Of a DNA stretch of 64,000 bases, positions 18,520 to 28,662 are shown in pieces (position 1 is the stretch's first letter; each line of letters opens with the position of its first letter). The stretch is taken from the NCBI GenBank assembly GCA_965248445.1, contig CBDFJG010000004.1, forward strand, positions 1,824,001 to 1,888,000, written 5' to 3'. Both the position numbers and the translations under genes were made by a program. Origin of the DNA: Planctomycetota bacterium (GTDB lineage Bacteria > Planctomycetota > JAJSAM01 > JAJVHW01). Below the pieces are notes generated by a model. The model had not been told where the DNA came from. It did no database searches and saw nothing but the letters and a program-made list of their open reading frames with translations.

Positions 18520-20685
18520 CTACGCCAGCGCATCTTCGAGGAAGGCGAGGATGCGCTCCTCCATGTAGATGCGATCGGCCTCGCCCCGGGGCATGTGACG
18601 CTCGTCGGGGAAGAGCAGGAGTTCGTACGGCTTGCGCGCACGGATCAGCGCGTTCACGAGGCGCGCCGTGTGCTGAAAGTGCACGTTCTCGTCGATGAGG
18701 CCGTGCACCAACAGGAGCTTGCCCCGCATCTGCTCGACGTGGTGCATCACGCTGCCCCGCTGGTAGCCGTCCGCGTTCTCCTGCGGCAGCCCCATGTAGC
18801 GCTCTGTGTAGCACGAGTCATAGCCGTCGTAGTGCGTGACGGGTGCTCCGGCGACGGCCGCCTTGAACACCTCTGGTGCGCGGGCGAGACACATGCACGA
18901 CATGTAGCCGCCGTAGCTCCAGCCATAGATCGCGACCCGATCGGGATCCGCGAGACCCTGGTCAACGCACCAGCGCACGCCGTCCACCTGATCCAGCACT
19001 TCGAGGTTGCCCATGTCGTGCTTGATCCAGCCCTCGAACGCGAGGCCGCGGCGGGCGGCGCCGCGGTTGTCGACGACGAGCACGAGATAACCCCGCCGGC
19101 GGAGAGCCTGTGCGCGCAGGTCCACCGTCACGTCCCATCCGTTCTTCACCCTCTGCGCGTGCGGACCGCCATACACGCTCACGATCAGTGGCCACGGACC
19201 TGCGCCCTGCGGCGGGCGGTAGAGAAGCGCGTCGAGCGGGATGCCGTCGCGATTCTCGATCGTGATCAGTTCGGGCGCCGTGAGCGCCATCTCTGTGACC
19301 CGCTCATCGGCAGCGTCGTGAAGCGTGCGCAGGAGGGACCCATCCGACAGGTCGCGCAAGTCGCACCGTACCGGACGGTCGCGCGCGTGGTGCCGGTCCA
19401 CGAACGTGTCGAATGCGGGCGAGACCGCCGTCATGTGCATGCCGTCGTCCGGCGTCAGACGAGTGACCTCGCCGTCGGCGAGCGGCACCCGGTAGAGATG
19501 GCACTCCGTCGCGCCGTCCTTCGTCGCCATGAAGTAGACGGCACCGCCTTCGTCCTCCTGCACGGCCTGCAGCGAGTCGACCATCCAGTCCCCGGAGGTC
19601 AGCCTGCGCACCAGTGAACCGTCGGCTGCCCTCAACTCCAGATGACGAAAACCCGTGCGTTCGGAGGCCCACAGGAAGCCGCCGGCAAGCTCGCTCTCCT
19701 CGGACTTCAGCGGCCGGAAGCAGCGGTGCAGGTTGATCCAGACGTCACTCGACTCGCGGAGCAGTTCGGTGGCCGCGCCGGTGGTGGTGTCGAACTGGAG
19801 CAGGCGCAACTCGGACTGGCGCCGGTCCATGACCTCCGCCGCGAGTCGCCCGTCCGGGAACCAATGGACGCGCGCTAGGTAGATGTCGAGGTCCGCACCG
19901 AGGTCCATCCACACCGGTTCGCCGCCCGCGGCGGGGACCACACCGAGTCGTACGTGGGCGTTCGGCGCTCCGGCGAACGGGTATCGGTGGTCCTCCTGTG
20001 CGGCGTCGCCGACGGCGTCCTTCCCCTGGTGCACGATGCGGTACGCCGGGATGTGCTTCTCGTCGACTTCGACGAATGCGATGTGCGACGAACTCGGTGA
20101 CCACCAGAATCCGCGCAGCCGCCCCATCTCCTCTTGCGCCACGAATTCCGCGAGCCCGTTGGTCACACCGCCCGCAGCAGCGCCGGTCGTGAGCGCTCGC
20201 GCGGAACCGCCCTCGGTGTGCACGACGTGCACTTCGCCACCGCGCACGAACGCGACGTGCTCGCCGTCGGGTGCGAACGTCGCGTCCATGGCGGTGCCTG
20301 CATCCGCAGAGACGAGTTCGCGCAGTTCCGCCCCACGCTCGTCGAGTAGGTACACACCACCTGCGATCGGCAGGAGGATACGGCTGCCGTCCTTGCTGAA
20401 CGCGTACGACGTCACGCCGATCGCGCGCTGGCGCAGCCGCTCGCGGCGGAGCTTCTCCTCGAGTGACAGGTCCGCCTCACCCGCGGCCGTCGGTGCCCGG
20501 GCCAGGACTTGTGTCTCCCCGCTCGCGACGTCGTGTCCGTGCAGCACCTGCGCCAGGTCGCCGTCCGGACTCGCCAGGAACGCGAGCGTCTCTCCGTCCT
20601 TTGCATACGCGTACGCAACCGGCGCCGACATCCCGGGACGCGGGAAGCGCGCGATCTGCTCGACGGGGATCTCGGGTGCGCTCAC
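18520..20685 (-). CDS. S9B family dipeptidyl peptidase IV-like serine peptidase
   Basis: Propeller motifs AQEEMGR..GFWWSP and YPFAG..N; VYGGP, GWSYGG (nucleophile), HGLIDENVH and FPDERH. Confidence 0.93.
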   Translation of the reverse strand: MSAPEIPVEQIARFPRPGMSAPVAYAYAKDGETLAFLASPDGDLAQVLHGHDVASGETQVLARAPTAAGEADLSLEEKLRRERLRQRAIGVTSYAFSKDGSRILLPIAGGVYLLDERGAELRELVSADAGTAMDATFAPDGEHVAFVRGGEVHVVHTEGGSARALTTGAAAGGVTNGLAEFVAQEEMGRLRGFWWSPSSSHIAFVEVDEKHIPAYRIVHQGKDAVGDAAQEDHRYPFAGAPNAHVRLGVVPAAGGEPVWMDLGADLDIYLARVHWFPDGRLAAEVMDRRQSELRLLQFDTTTGAATELLRESSDVWINLHRCFRPLKSEESELAGGFLWASERTGFRHLELRAADGSLVRRLTSGDWMVDSLQAVQEDEGGAVYFMATKDGATECHLYRVPLADGEVTRLTPDDGMHMTAVSPAFDTFVDRHHARDRPVRCDLRDLSDGSLLRTLHDAADERVTEMALTAPELITIENRDGIPLDALLYRPPQGAGPWPLIVSVYGGPHAQRVKNGWDVTVDLRAQALRRRGYLVLVVDNRGAARRGLAFEGWIKHDMGNLEVLDQVDGVRWCVDQGLADPDRVAIYGWSYGGYMSCMCLARAPEVFKAAVAGAPVTHYDGYDSCYTERYMGLPQENADGYQRGSVMHHVEQMRGKLLLVHGLIDENVHFQHTARLVNALIRARKPYELLLFPDERHMPRGEADRIYMEERILAFLEDALA

Positions 20686-20755
20686 GGGGTGCCTCCGAGG
20701 CCGAGGCGCGGCGCGTCGTTACTCGCGTCAGTGACCGAGGCCGGCACGAACGGCA

Positions 20756-21157
20756 TCACACTCCGCCGAACGAGTACATCAGCGCGCCAGCGCCAAAACA
20801 TGCCGCGTTGAGCAGGAACACCACACCGGCTCCGATCAGGGTCACCTTCAAGAGCAGGTTGTCCTTCTTCTTCACCGCGTAGATCGCGAGCGGGATGACC
20901 GCGAGGAGCTGTGTTATCCCGATGAAGTACATCGTCGCTCCATGCAGTGGGATGAGAAGGAGTAGCGCCTGTGTCGCGGCCAGAACGGCGGCGAACGTGC
21001 CGATGCGCCCCCAGAGCGAAACCGGAGTCGCCGGACGACGCGGCAGGACCTCGTGCGGATCGTCTCCCGGCTTGCGCGGCGGAGGCGGCAGGGCTCCACG
21101 GTCGTCGACGTTCTCGAGTGGATCGTCCGGAGCGAACAGGTCGTCCCGCTCGCTCAC
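20756..21157 (-). CDS. Hypothetical membrane protein (3 TM), last gene of the Lgt-like/radical SAM operon
   Basis: Acidic Pro-rich N-terminus then hydrophobic segments; GTGA overlap with the radical SAM stop. Confidence 0.6.
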   Translation of the reverse strand: MSERDDLFAPDDPLENVDDRGALPPPPRKPGDDPHEVLPRRPATPVSLWGRIGTFAAVLAATQALLLLIPLHGATMYFIGITQLLAVIPLAIYAVKKKDNLLLKVTLIGAGVVFLLNAACFGAGALMYSFGGV

Positions 21158-22574
21158 GCGATCGCCTCCTGCTCCCTACGCAGCGGAGCCAGCACGCGCT
21201 CCTCCAGATCGTCGCGGTAGAAGAGGTTGTACGTGTCGAACGGGATCAGCCGTCCGTCCACCGGATGCACGAAGTGGATGCAGCTCTTCTTGACGGAGCG
21301 CACGTCGAGGGCGTGTGCGTCCATGAACTGGACGATCAGCACACGAAACACGTTCTCGTAGGACAGGTTCGGCATCGCGGCGCGGGGCATGCAACAGAGC
21401 AAGTCCTTCAGGCTCTCAGCGCCACTCTCCGGCGAGTGCGCGGTCGAGAACGTCTTGAAGAGGCCCTCCTTCACGGCCTCGTCGTGCTCGAACACGATCG
21501 TGCTGCGAGCGCCGTCGAGTAACACACTCTGGTCGAGCAACCCCGTCAGCGGGATGACCTTGTCCTCGATCTTGATCGCGTACGCCATCGCCAGACAATC
21601 CGGGTGACACGGCACGGGGATGATGTCGGCCGGCGCGAAGACGTCGGTCTGCTCGAGAACGCGGGAGCGTACCTCGGTCAGCGTGAGGCGGTTCACGGCC
21701 GGGTCGTAGTTCTCGGCGCGCCCCGCGTGCTGCACGGGCTGGAGGGTGACTCCGCGAACGCACTTCCATTTGAGCGCGAAGTCGACGATCTCCCCGAGTT
21801 CGTCGTCGTTGACGCCGCGCATCACCGTCACGACGAGCGTGGTCGAGAGTCCGACGGCTTCGAGGTTCTCGAGCGCCTTCATGCGCACGTCGACAAGGTC
21901 CTCGCCACGAAGACGCTGGTGCACTTCGGCCCGCAGCGAATCCCACTGCAGGTAGATCTCGAAACCCGGCGCGTAGGCCGCCAGCCGCTCGGCGAACCCG
22001 GGGTCCTTCGCGATGCGCACGCCGTTCGTGTTGAGCATCAGGTGACGGATCGGCCGCTCCTTGGCCGCATCGAGGATCTCGAAGAACTGCGGGTGCACCG
22101 TCGGCTCGCCGCCGGAGATCTGCACGACGTCCGGCTCGCCTTCGTTGGCGACGACCGCGTCGAGCATCGCCTCGACCTCCTCGAGCGTGCGCGACTCGCT
22201 GCGCGCCCGCCCGCTGGACGCGTAGCAGATCGGGCAGTCGAGGTTGCAGCGGTCGCAGATCTCGATGATCGAGAGACAACTGTGCTGCTCGTGGTCGCTG
22301 CAGAGGCCGCAGTCGTAGGGACAGCCCCCTTGACCGGTGTGTTGAAGCGCACCGGCATCTCGGACGGCTTCAGGAACTCCTCGCGCGCCCGTCGGTAGTA
22401 GACAGCGTCGTCTGCGACGAGGACCTTCTCGAGTCCGTGGCGCGGGCAGCGCTTGTGCATGTAGACGCGGCCGTCCTGGATCACGATCTTGGCATCCACC
22501 CGCCGCAGGCACGTGGAGCAGACCGAGATCGTCAGGTCGTAGAACAGATACGGACGGACCCGCGCTTCACCCAT
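21154..22574 (-). CDS. Radical SAM protein, tetraether synthase (Tes/GDGT-MAS, MJ0619)-like; apparent 1-nt deletion frameshift at about 22325
   Basis: N-terminal CSTC-x20-CPRH, GCPYDCGLCSDH, CNLDCPIC (CxxxCxxC), SGGEPT, LNTNG and C-terminal FMDA..DV..VKKSCIHF..DGRLIPF; the two ORF halves join at a G5 run. Confidence 0.85.
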
Positions 22575-23313
22575 CGCGAGACTCTACCCCACGCACGAGC
22601 CGCGGTACGTCCCGTAGGTAGAACAGGAGTCCGAACACGCACGCCCACTGGATCGCCGTCAGTCCGAAGTGGTGCACGCCCGGCTTCAGGAAGTCGACTG
22701 CCAGCCGGAACGTCAGGTACGCGAACATGAACGCGCGGAATCGATCCCCCTCGCGCAAGCCGCGATACCGCAACAGCGCCAGCCCGAGCACCGCGGCGAA
22801 GACCATCTCGACGACTCGCACCGGATGCCGCGCGACGTCCTCACCCAGCACGAGTCCCCACCACGCACCGGTCGGCAGCCCGTGCGTCCCGTCCTCGATG
22901 CCCGCCGAAATGCACCCGAGCCGCCCGATGACGATGCCTACGCAGAGCGGAACGACGAACGCGTCCCCCGTCGAGCGCGTGACGCCGGAGAACCGTTTCC
23001 AGGTCTCGACCGAGATCAGCCCGCCGAGCAGGGCGCCGACGATCGTCTTACGCCCGACGATCGGCACCGGGCCCGCGAACATCCCGGCGAGCCCCTGTTC
23101 GTCGGCCAGCCAGCCGAGCAACCACGATCCGAACGCGGCCCCCACGATGGCCGCGGCGATGGACCCGAGGCGCGTGCCGAAGTCCAGCGGGTCCGCACCC
23201 TTACTGCGCGTGCGGCGGAACACCCAGAACCCGACCGCGTAGGCCGACGCCTCGAACAGCACGTGCGCACTGATCCCGATCGAACCGATCCGGAGGACGA
23301 GCGGGAACTCCAC
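22567..23313 (-). CDS. Prolipoprotein diacylglyceryl transferase (Lgt)-like membrane protein
   Basis: Multi-TM; GALLGG, TGDAFVVPL..GIVIGRLGC, ARHPVRVVE and YLTFRLAVDFLK resemble Lgt motifs; overlaps the radical SAM start. Confidence 0.8.
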   Translation of the reverse strand: MEFPLVLRIGSIGISAHVLFEASAYAVGFWVFRRTRSKGADPLDFGTRLGSIAAAIVGAAFGSWLLGWLADEQGLAGMFAGPVPIVGRKTIVGALLGGLISVETWKRFSGVTRSTGDAFVVPLCVGIVIGRLGCISAGIEDGTHGLPTGAWWGLVLGEDVARHPVRVVEMVFAAVLGLALLRYRGLREGDRFRAFMFAYLTFRLAVDFLKPGVHHFGLTAIQWACVFGLLFYLRDVPRLVRGVESRDG

Positions 23314-23348
23314 CGGCCCAGGCTACGCAGGTGAGGAGTCCCGCGCGT

Positions 23349-23422
23349 TCTTCAGCCCGTCGCCCCCTCTTCAGCCCCGCAGGCCCCTCTTCAGCCCCGC
23401 AGCCTCTTCTTCAGCCCCACAG
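23349..23422. repeat. Four direct repeats of TCTTCAGCCC(C) with 19/20/20-bp period
   Basis: Copies start at 23349, 23368, 23388 and 23408, in the divergent intergenic region. Confidence 0.75.
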
Positions 23423-23461
23423 CTTGGGGTGCCGATGTCGAAGCGGAGCCCCTGCGCCACC

Positions 23462-24517
23462 ATGACACACGCCGTCAACTCCCCCTGGCCCTCAGCGCCC
23501 GGTCTGGTGCTGTCGGTGGACGTGCTCTCCGACGAGCCCGGCGGCCGGCGGCAGCGCCACACTACGGTGTCCTGCGGCACCGCGCTGCCGCGCGTGCAGC
23601 GGATCGCCGAGCGGTTCGGCGTGCGTCCGACGTACCTGGTGTCGTTCCAGGCCCTGGGCGAAGCGGAAGTCCGGGACGTGATCACCAACTACGCCCGCGC
23701 CGGCCGCTGCGAGATCGGCGCCCTGCTCGACCTGTCGACCAATCCGCCCTTCCTGCCGGGTGACGGTCACGACGGCGCAGTCCCATCGCAGCCCCCCACC
23801 GAGTTCGTGTCGCAGAAGCTCGTGATCCTGACGGACGTGCTGTGGCAGCGCACCGGAGTGCGGCCGGTGAGTCTGCGACTGCGCGGGCTCGGAGCCACCG
23901 GTGAGGTGCTGCGGGCGGCGGCGGAGTTCGGGTACGCGGTCGACGCGAGCATCCGCCCCGGCGAGTCGTACGTCGCGTCCGACGGGCCCGATCTTGTCGC
24001 CGCGCCGCGGCGTCCGTACCACCCCGCGATCCTCGATGCAGTACAGAGCGGCCAGGTGCCGCTCCTCGAGGCGCCGGTCTCGACGGTCAGTCCGGGCGCG
24101 ACCGACCGCCGTCTTCGAAAGCGTATCGGCCTGCGGTCGCTCACTGCGACGGGTCAGCCGATTTCACTCGATCCCACGGCGGCTCCAGTGGACCTCATGG
24201 TCGAGGCCGTCGACGCCGTGATCGCCGACGAGCAGCCGGTGATCCACTTCACGCTGCCGGCCCACGCGCTCTTCCCCGGTGCCAGCGGGCGGGCCGAGAC
24301 AGCTGATGAGGTGGATGCTCACCTTCGTGCGCTTGCCACGGTGCTCGGTCACACCGTCCGCGCCCGCAGCGCGATCGGGCGCACGCTCTGTCAACTCGCG
24401 TGGATCGACCCCGAGTGCCTACGCGGCGCGCCGCGCGAGCAGGACCTCAGCGACTCGCAGCGCAGCGGCGACGAGACCCTCGCCCGCATCTCGAGCGCCA
24501 TCGACGGCCTGCAGTAG
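23462..24517 (+). CDS. Polysaccharide deacetylase-like (WalW-like) protein
   Basis: LSVDV, FGVRPTYLV, CEIGA, TNPPF, GYAVDAS and LLEAPVS; catalytic His positions appear degenerate. Confidence 0.6.
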   Translation: MTHAVNSPWPSAPGLVLSVDVLSDEPGGRRQRHTTVSCGTALPRVQRIAERFGVRPTYLVSFQALGEAEVRDVITNYARAGRCEIGALLDLSTNPPFLPGDGHDGAVPSQPPTEFVSQKLVILTDVLWQRTGVRPVSLRLRGLGATGEVLRAAAEFGYAVDASIRPGESYVASDGPDLVAAPRRPYHPAILDAVQSGQVPLLEAPVSTVSPGATDRRLRKRIGLRSLTATGQPISLDPTAAPVDLMVEAVDAVIADEQPVIHFTLPAHALFPGASGRAETADEVDAHLRALATVLGHTVRARSAIGRTLCQLAWIDPECLRGAPREQDLSDSQRSGDETLARISSAIDGLQ

Positions 24518-24547
24518 CTCGCCCCCCACCGCGCGGCCGGCGAGCGG

Positions 24548-24985
24548 CTACTCGTCGCGGCTGTGCGCGCTCTCCAGGTCGATGTCGGCGTACAGTCCGC
24601 TGCCACCCACTCGTCCGTCGCGGCCGAGCGAGCGCAGCTCGAAGAGGCGATCTTCCTCGTCGGCGGCGTACACGAACGGGTGTCCCCACGCATCGGTGGG
24701 GACGGACGTAGAGTCCAAGTAGGCGTCAGGGCCGACCAACTCGTCCAGCCGAACCGGCAACTTCCTTCGCTCCAAACGGAACTGCCGGATGGCCATCTCC
24801 ACCTGAATCAGCTGCGTCTTCGTCACCTGCACGTTCGCCCGGTCCGTGTACGAACCGACGCTGCGACGCACCACGAATGCGAGCGTCGCGACCGCCCCCA
24901 CGACCAGCAGGATGCAGACGCCGAGGATCACGAACACCCGTCTGTGAGAACCGGAACCGTCCGGCTGTGTGCGTTCGTCGCTCAC
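24548..24985 (-). CDS. Type II secretion protein G (GspG)-domain protein without a canonical prepilin cleavage site
   Basis: One TM helix then AIRQFRLE..KLP..LDELV, PTDAWGHPFVY and ELRSLGRDGRVGGSG..ADI. Confidence 0.75.
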   Translation of the reverse strand: MSDERTQPDGSGSHRRVFVILGVCILLVVGAVATLAFVVRRSVGSYTDRANVQVTKTQLIQVEMAIRQFRLERRKLPVRLDELVGPDAYLDSTSVPTDAWGHPFVYAADEEDRLFELRSLGRDGRVGGSGLYADIDLESAHSRDE

Positions 24986-25135
24986 TGGTCCCCCTCTTCC
25001 CCACGCAGCCCCGCTTCCCCTTGCAGATGGTACAGCGCCGGAATCACCGTGCGGGAATCCCGGAATCGCCGCGCGGGAATCACAGCGCCCCGGACCGCAC
25101 GGCGATCCGGGGGCTTGTTGATGTTGCGCGTGTGA

Positions 25136-26584
25136 CTAGAAGTCGATTGCGAAGCGCATCCCGAGGAGGTCGTAGTCGCCGAGATCGTCGACCTGACCCT
25201 TCGTGACGTTCAGCAGAACGCGCGTGTGCGGATTGAGGTACCAGGCCACACCCACCGTCCACTGGTCGATGTCGGGAGCCGCTCCGGCTCCACCGCTCGG
25301 GTTCCACTCGTCGTACCGCAACGCAACCTGGACCGCGCCGGTGCCGCCCCCGTCGCCGTAGTTCTTCTTCGGCGCCGTGCGTCCCCAGACGTTGTTCTTG
25401 CGGTCGTAGACGCGGCTCTCACCCGTGACGTAGTAGCCGAACGTCGCGTGCCATGCCTCGACCGTGGCGTCGCTCGGGCCGCCGTCGACATCGAAGTTCG
25501 CGCGGGCGAACTCGGTGTCCATGAAGAACGGGCCGTTCACGTACGCGGCTTCGACGTTGTAGAGCGTGCCGTCGTCGGACTCGACCCCGGGCGTCGGGCC
25601 CCGCGGCGTCCCTGTGGCACCGATCGTGCTGAAGCTGCCCGACGAGAGACGCTGGTTGCCGTGCGTGCCGAACGTGATGCTCTCGTCCGAGGGGTTGCGC
25701 AGGCTTCCGCCGACACCGAGGTGCACGAGGTGGTTGTCGTCGTCCGGGTTCTCCCAGGCAACGCCGGCGACGCGAGCGGTGTGGTTCCACTCGCCCTGGC
25801 TCGTGTTGCCACGATCGTCGCCGTACGAGTCGGAGTCGCGGAACGAACCGATGGCCCAGTTCCAGTTGCCGTCGAATGTGTTGCGCAGGCTGATGCCTGT
25901 GCTGCGATCCGGTAGGAGGTCGACGTCCATCCCGCGTTCCATGAACGTGATGAGGTTGTCGCTCGTGAGGTTCGTCATGCCGATCGGCTCGTAGTGGTGA
26001 CCGACGGTGAAGAACCCGATGCAGGGATGGTCGAGCGTCATGTAGACGTCCGTGAAGTCCGCGTCGCCGCCGGCGAAGTCGTACTCCGCCTTGAACCCCA
26101 CGTTGCCGTAGATCGTCCCGGCCATGAACAGGCGGGCACGGCGGAAGTAGGCGCCCGTGTCGAACTTCTCCTGGGTGACGGGCGGCGTGTCCTGCGCGCC
26201 CATGAAGCGCTCGATGGCGTTGTCCACGTCACCGCGGACGAAGTCGAGCTGCGTACGACCGCCGATCTTGAACTTGAAGTCGCCGTCTGCGGAGTCGGCT
26301 CGGAGGCCGCCCTTCCAGTACGTCGACATGCCGGTGTCGCCGGCGCTCAGGACGCGTTCCAGCTCGGCGATGCGCGAGACCAGCTCGCTCGATGCGCCGA
26401 CCTGAGACTTGGCTGTCAGCCGTTCGACCTGTGCCTCGAGTTCGAGCAGACGCTGCTCGAGCTGCGCCTCACGCTCGCTCGTTTCGTTCGCCAGGGCCGT
26501 CGAGCTGGTGAGGCAGAGCGCGAGGGCGCCCGCCGCGATTCCGCAAATCGCATGCGCTCTGAACCGCTTCGTTGTGGTGGTCAC
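25136..26584 (-). CDS. Phosphate-selective porin, OprO/OprP family
   Basis: Signal peptide and coiled coil, GGRTQLD, FRRARL..GT..G, ITFMER, YYVTGESR.Y, WYLNP and C-terminal Phe. Confidence 0.88.
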   Translation of the reverse strand: MTTTTKRFRAHAICGIAAGALALCLTSSTALANETSEREAQLEQRLLELEAQVERLTAKSQVGASSELVSRIAELERVLSAGDTGMSTYWKGGLRADSADGDFKFKIGGRTQLDFVRGDVDNAIERFMGAQDTPPVTQEKFDTGAYFRRARLFMAGTIYGNVGFKAEYDFAGGDADFTDVYMTLDHPCIGFFTVGHHYEPIGMTNLTSDNLITFMERGMDVDLLPDRSTGISLRNTFDGNWNWAIGSFRDSDSYGDDRGNTSQGEWNHTARVAGVAWENPDDDNHLVHLGVGGSLRNPSDESITFGTHGNQRLSSGSFSTIGATGTPRGPTPGVESDDGTLYNVEAAYVNGPFFMDTEFARANFDVDGGPSDATVEAWHATFGYYVTGESRVYDRKNNVWGRTAPKKNYGDGGGTGAVQVALRYDEWNPSGGAGAAPDIDQWTVGVAWYLNPHTRVLLNVTKGQVDDLGDYDLLGMRFAIDF

Positions 26585-26621
26585 TGCGTTCCTCCCAAGT
26601 GGCGCGCACCCTCGCCGTCTC

Positions 26622-27770
26622 GTAACCGTTCACCCCTTGACAGCGTGTGAGCCTCAGCGTGCGAGGGGCAGCGGGACCATGACGGGCGGGTCGGCGCCGG
26701 TGAGGTGCGCGGCGACCGAGTCGGCGAGGAAGTCGAAGACTTGGTCGCCACGGCGTCGCAGCGTGGCCGCGGCGGTCAACACGCGCTCGGCGAAGCGGAG
26801 TCCGCGAGCGGACTGGCTTCCGAAGGAGCCCTTGCGCCAGAGCACCGCTTTGCGGACCGCGCGCTCGGCGGCGTTGTTCGTCGGACTCACGTCCTGGGTC
26901 CGCGCATAGGTGAAGAGGGCGACCACGCGGGGGCGCAGATGGTTGGCCAGAGCCGAGTCGTCGTTCGCGATCAGTCGCTCGAGCCGTCCGCGCAGCACAG
27001 CGGCTTCGCCTTGCAGCCGGTCACGGTCGCCGTGCTCACCGAAGAGCCGGTAGCTGCGCATGACCGACTGCGCGATCATGACGCCCTTGTTGCCGAAGCG
27101 GCGATGTCCTCGCGGGCCTTCGGCCAGCGCACGGAAGGCGCGCTCGATGTGCGCCCAGCAGAGCTGGCGGCGGGCAAGTGGGTGTGACTCGTAGGCACCC
27201 ATCCGGTCGCTGATCACCGTGCCACCGAAGCGCCGCCCGATCAGCCGCCCTTTCGCCTTGGCACTGCGGCGGCGATCGATCCCGAAGGCTGTGGCGTGCT
27301 CGCTCTCCGCCGCCCACAGCCAGCACACCCGGCCCCGTTCCTTCCACGACGTCTCGTCCACGTTGGCTCGCAGCGACGTGCGGACTGCCCCGAGGGCTTC
27401 GAGGTACGACGAGTGCAGAGCGTCACTGAGCCGACGCTCACAGTCGCTGATCTTGCCCAGCGACATCTTCACACCGAAGATCTCACCGAGCAGCCGCTGC
27501 GTCTCCCGCACGCTCACGCGGTACACGCCGCGCAGCGCGCCGGCAAGTGTGGTCAGCCGCGGACCGAAGGCCCCGGTCGGCACGCCATCGGGCAGGACCG
27601 CCGTCGTGACCGCACGACAGCGCCGGCACCGCGCCTTGTGCAGCCGGTGCTCCCGCACCGTGACGAGCACGCGCGGGAGCACCGTCACCTGGTGCCGGTA
27701 CGGATCGCCGATGCCCTGCTCGAGATCGTCGTGTCCGCACGCGTCGCAGAGGTCGGGACGGTGGTCCTTG
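26622..27770 (-). mobile_element. 5'-truncated IS66-family element (single-ORF type); only one terminal IR left
   Basis: End GTAACCGTTCAC at 26622; transposase motifs DET, ISDR, QLCWAH and PTNNAAERAVR; homology stops at DHRPDLCDACG and the leucine-zipper N-terminus is missing. Confidence 0.85.
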
Positions 27771-27830
27771 GTGAGGCGCGAGCACTCTCTGCGAGCCTCC
27801 CGTCTCCTACTCTAGGAATCGGCCGGGACG

Positions 27831-27852
27831 GGGTTGTTCAACACGCTGCTAG
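27831..27852. mobile_element. Possible terminal remnant of an IS1182/IS5-like element
   Basis: TTGTTCAACACGCTG followed by CTAG resembles recalled ends of CTAG-targeting IS1182/IS5 elements; no transposase present. Confidence 0.35.
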
Positions 27853-27862
27853 AGACTAGTGT

Positions 27863-28492
27863 TCACCGCGGCGCGGCTGGAAGCGCACGAGGTTTCGCAT
27901 GCCGGACCAACAACGCCTCGATCAGCCGACCGTTGTTGAATTGCAGCCGGTATTCGCTTGAGATCGACTTGCCTTCGACGTTCCAGTAGGTCCACCACTC
28001 GGACGTGCCGCGGGCGGCAACTTCGTCCGGCGTGCCAAAGGCGTCCAGTGACATGATCTCGGATGCGAATAGCCACCGCGACCGGAGATCCGCGTTCGTC
28101 TTCCACTCGGCGAGCGGTTCGAGGGCAGATACGCTCTTGGACGACATCGGCTCCGTGTCGTCGCGCGACACATGAGATGTCGTCACGCGGCTGGGTTCTC
28201 CCAACGCCGTCGGACGTCCCGTTCGGTGCCTCGCGGCGTCCGCGAGCGTCCTGGCGTTCAGCGTCTCACGAATATCACGGCGCGTTGCCGCCAAGCCTCG
28301 CTCGAGCACGCCCTCGACACGTTCAAGATGGGCGCGAGTCATGCGCATCTCCTGAGTGATTGCTCGGAGCGCGTCCGTGTCTCTGTCGGGCAGCGAGTCC
28401 AACGCCTCGCCCGTGAAGACGAGCGTGAGTACGACGCCCGCGAGCAGACAGACAGTGCCGGCTGCGGCAATCGGCAGTACGGTCTTTCCCAT
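27863..28492 (-). CDS. Hypothetical membrane-anchored protein with a C-terminal BamE/SmpA-like small domain
   Basis: N-terminal TM, coiled coil, then FGTPDEV....EWWTY...YRLQFNNGRL. Confidence 0.55.
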   Translation of the reverse strand: MGKTVLPIAAAGTVCLLAGVVLTLVFTGEALDSLPDRDTDALRAITQEMRMTRAHLERVEGVLERGLAATRRDIRETLNARTLADAARHRTGRPTALGEPSRVTTSHVSRDDTEPMSSKSVSALEPLAEWKTNADLRSRWLFASEIMSLDAFGTPDEVAARGTSEWWTYWNVEGKSISSEYRLQFNNGRLIEALLVRHAKPRALPAAPR

Positions 28493-28662
28493 GGTCTCCC
28501 CCTCGCCGTGTGTGGCCCTTACTGTGACCGGAGCGGGGCGGCCTCGGGTTGATAGGCGGTCCAGTGACTGCTCCATCGTCTGAACCTGGACTCCGGAAAC
28601 GATGTCCCCCGCCTCACCGAGGTTATCGCGGCGCCGGTCGCGCCGAGCAGATTCCGACCTAG

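Noticed and set aside
22320..22335. Programmed frameshift in the radical SAM gene
   Set aside because: The break is a 1-nt shortfall in a G5 run, most simply a homopolymer sequencing error; no recoding signal was seen.
23349..23422. Possible mini CRISPR array
   Set aside because: The period is only 19-20 bp, there are no real spacers, and no cas genes lie in the window.
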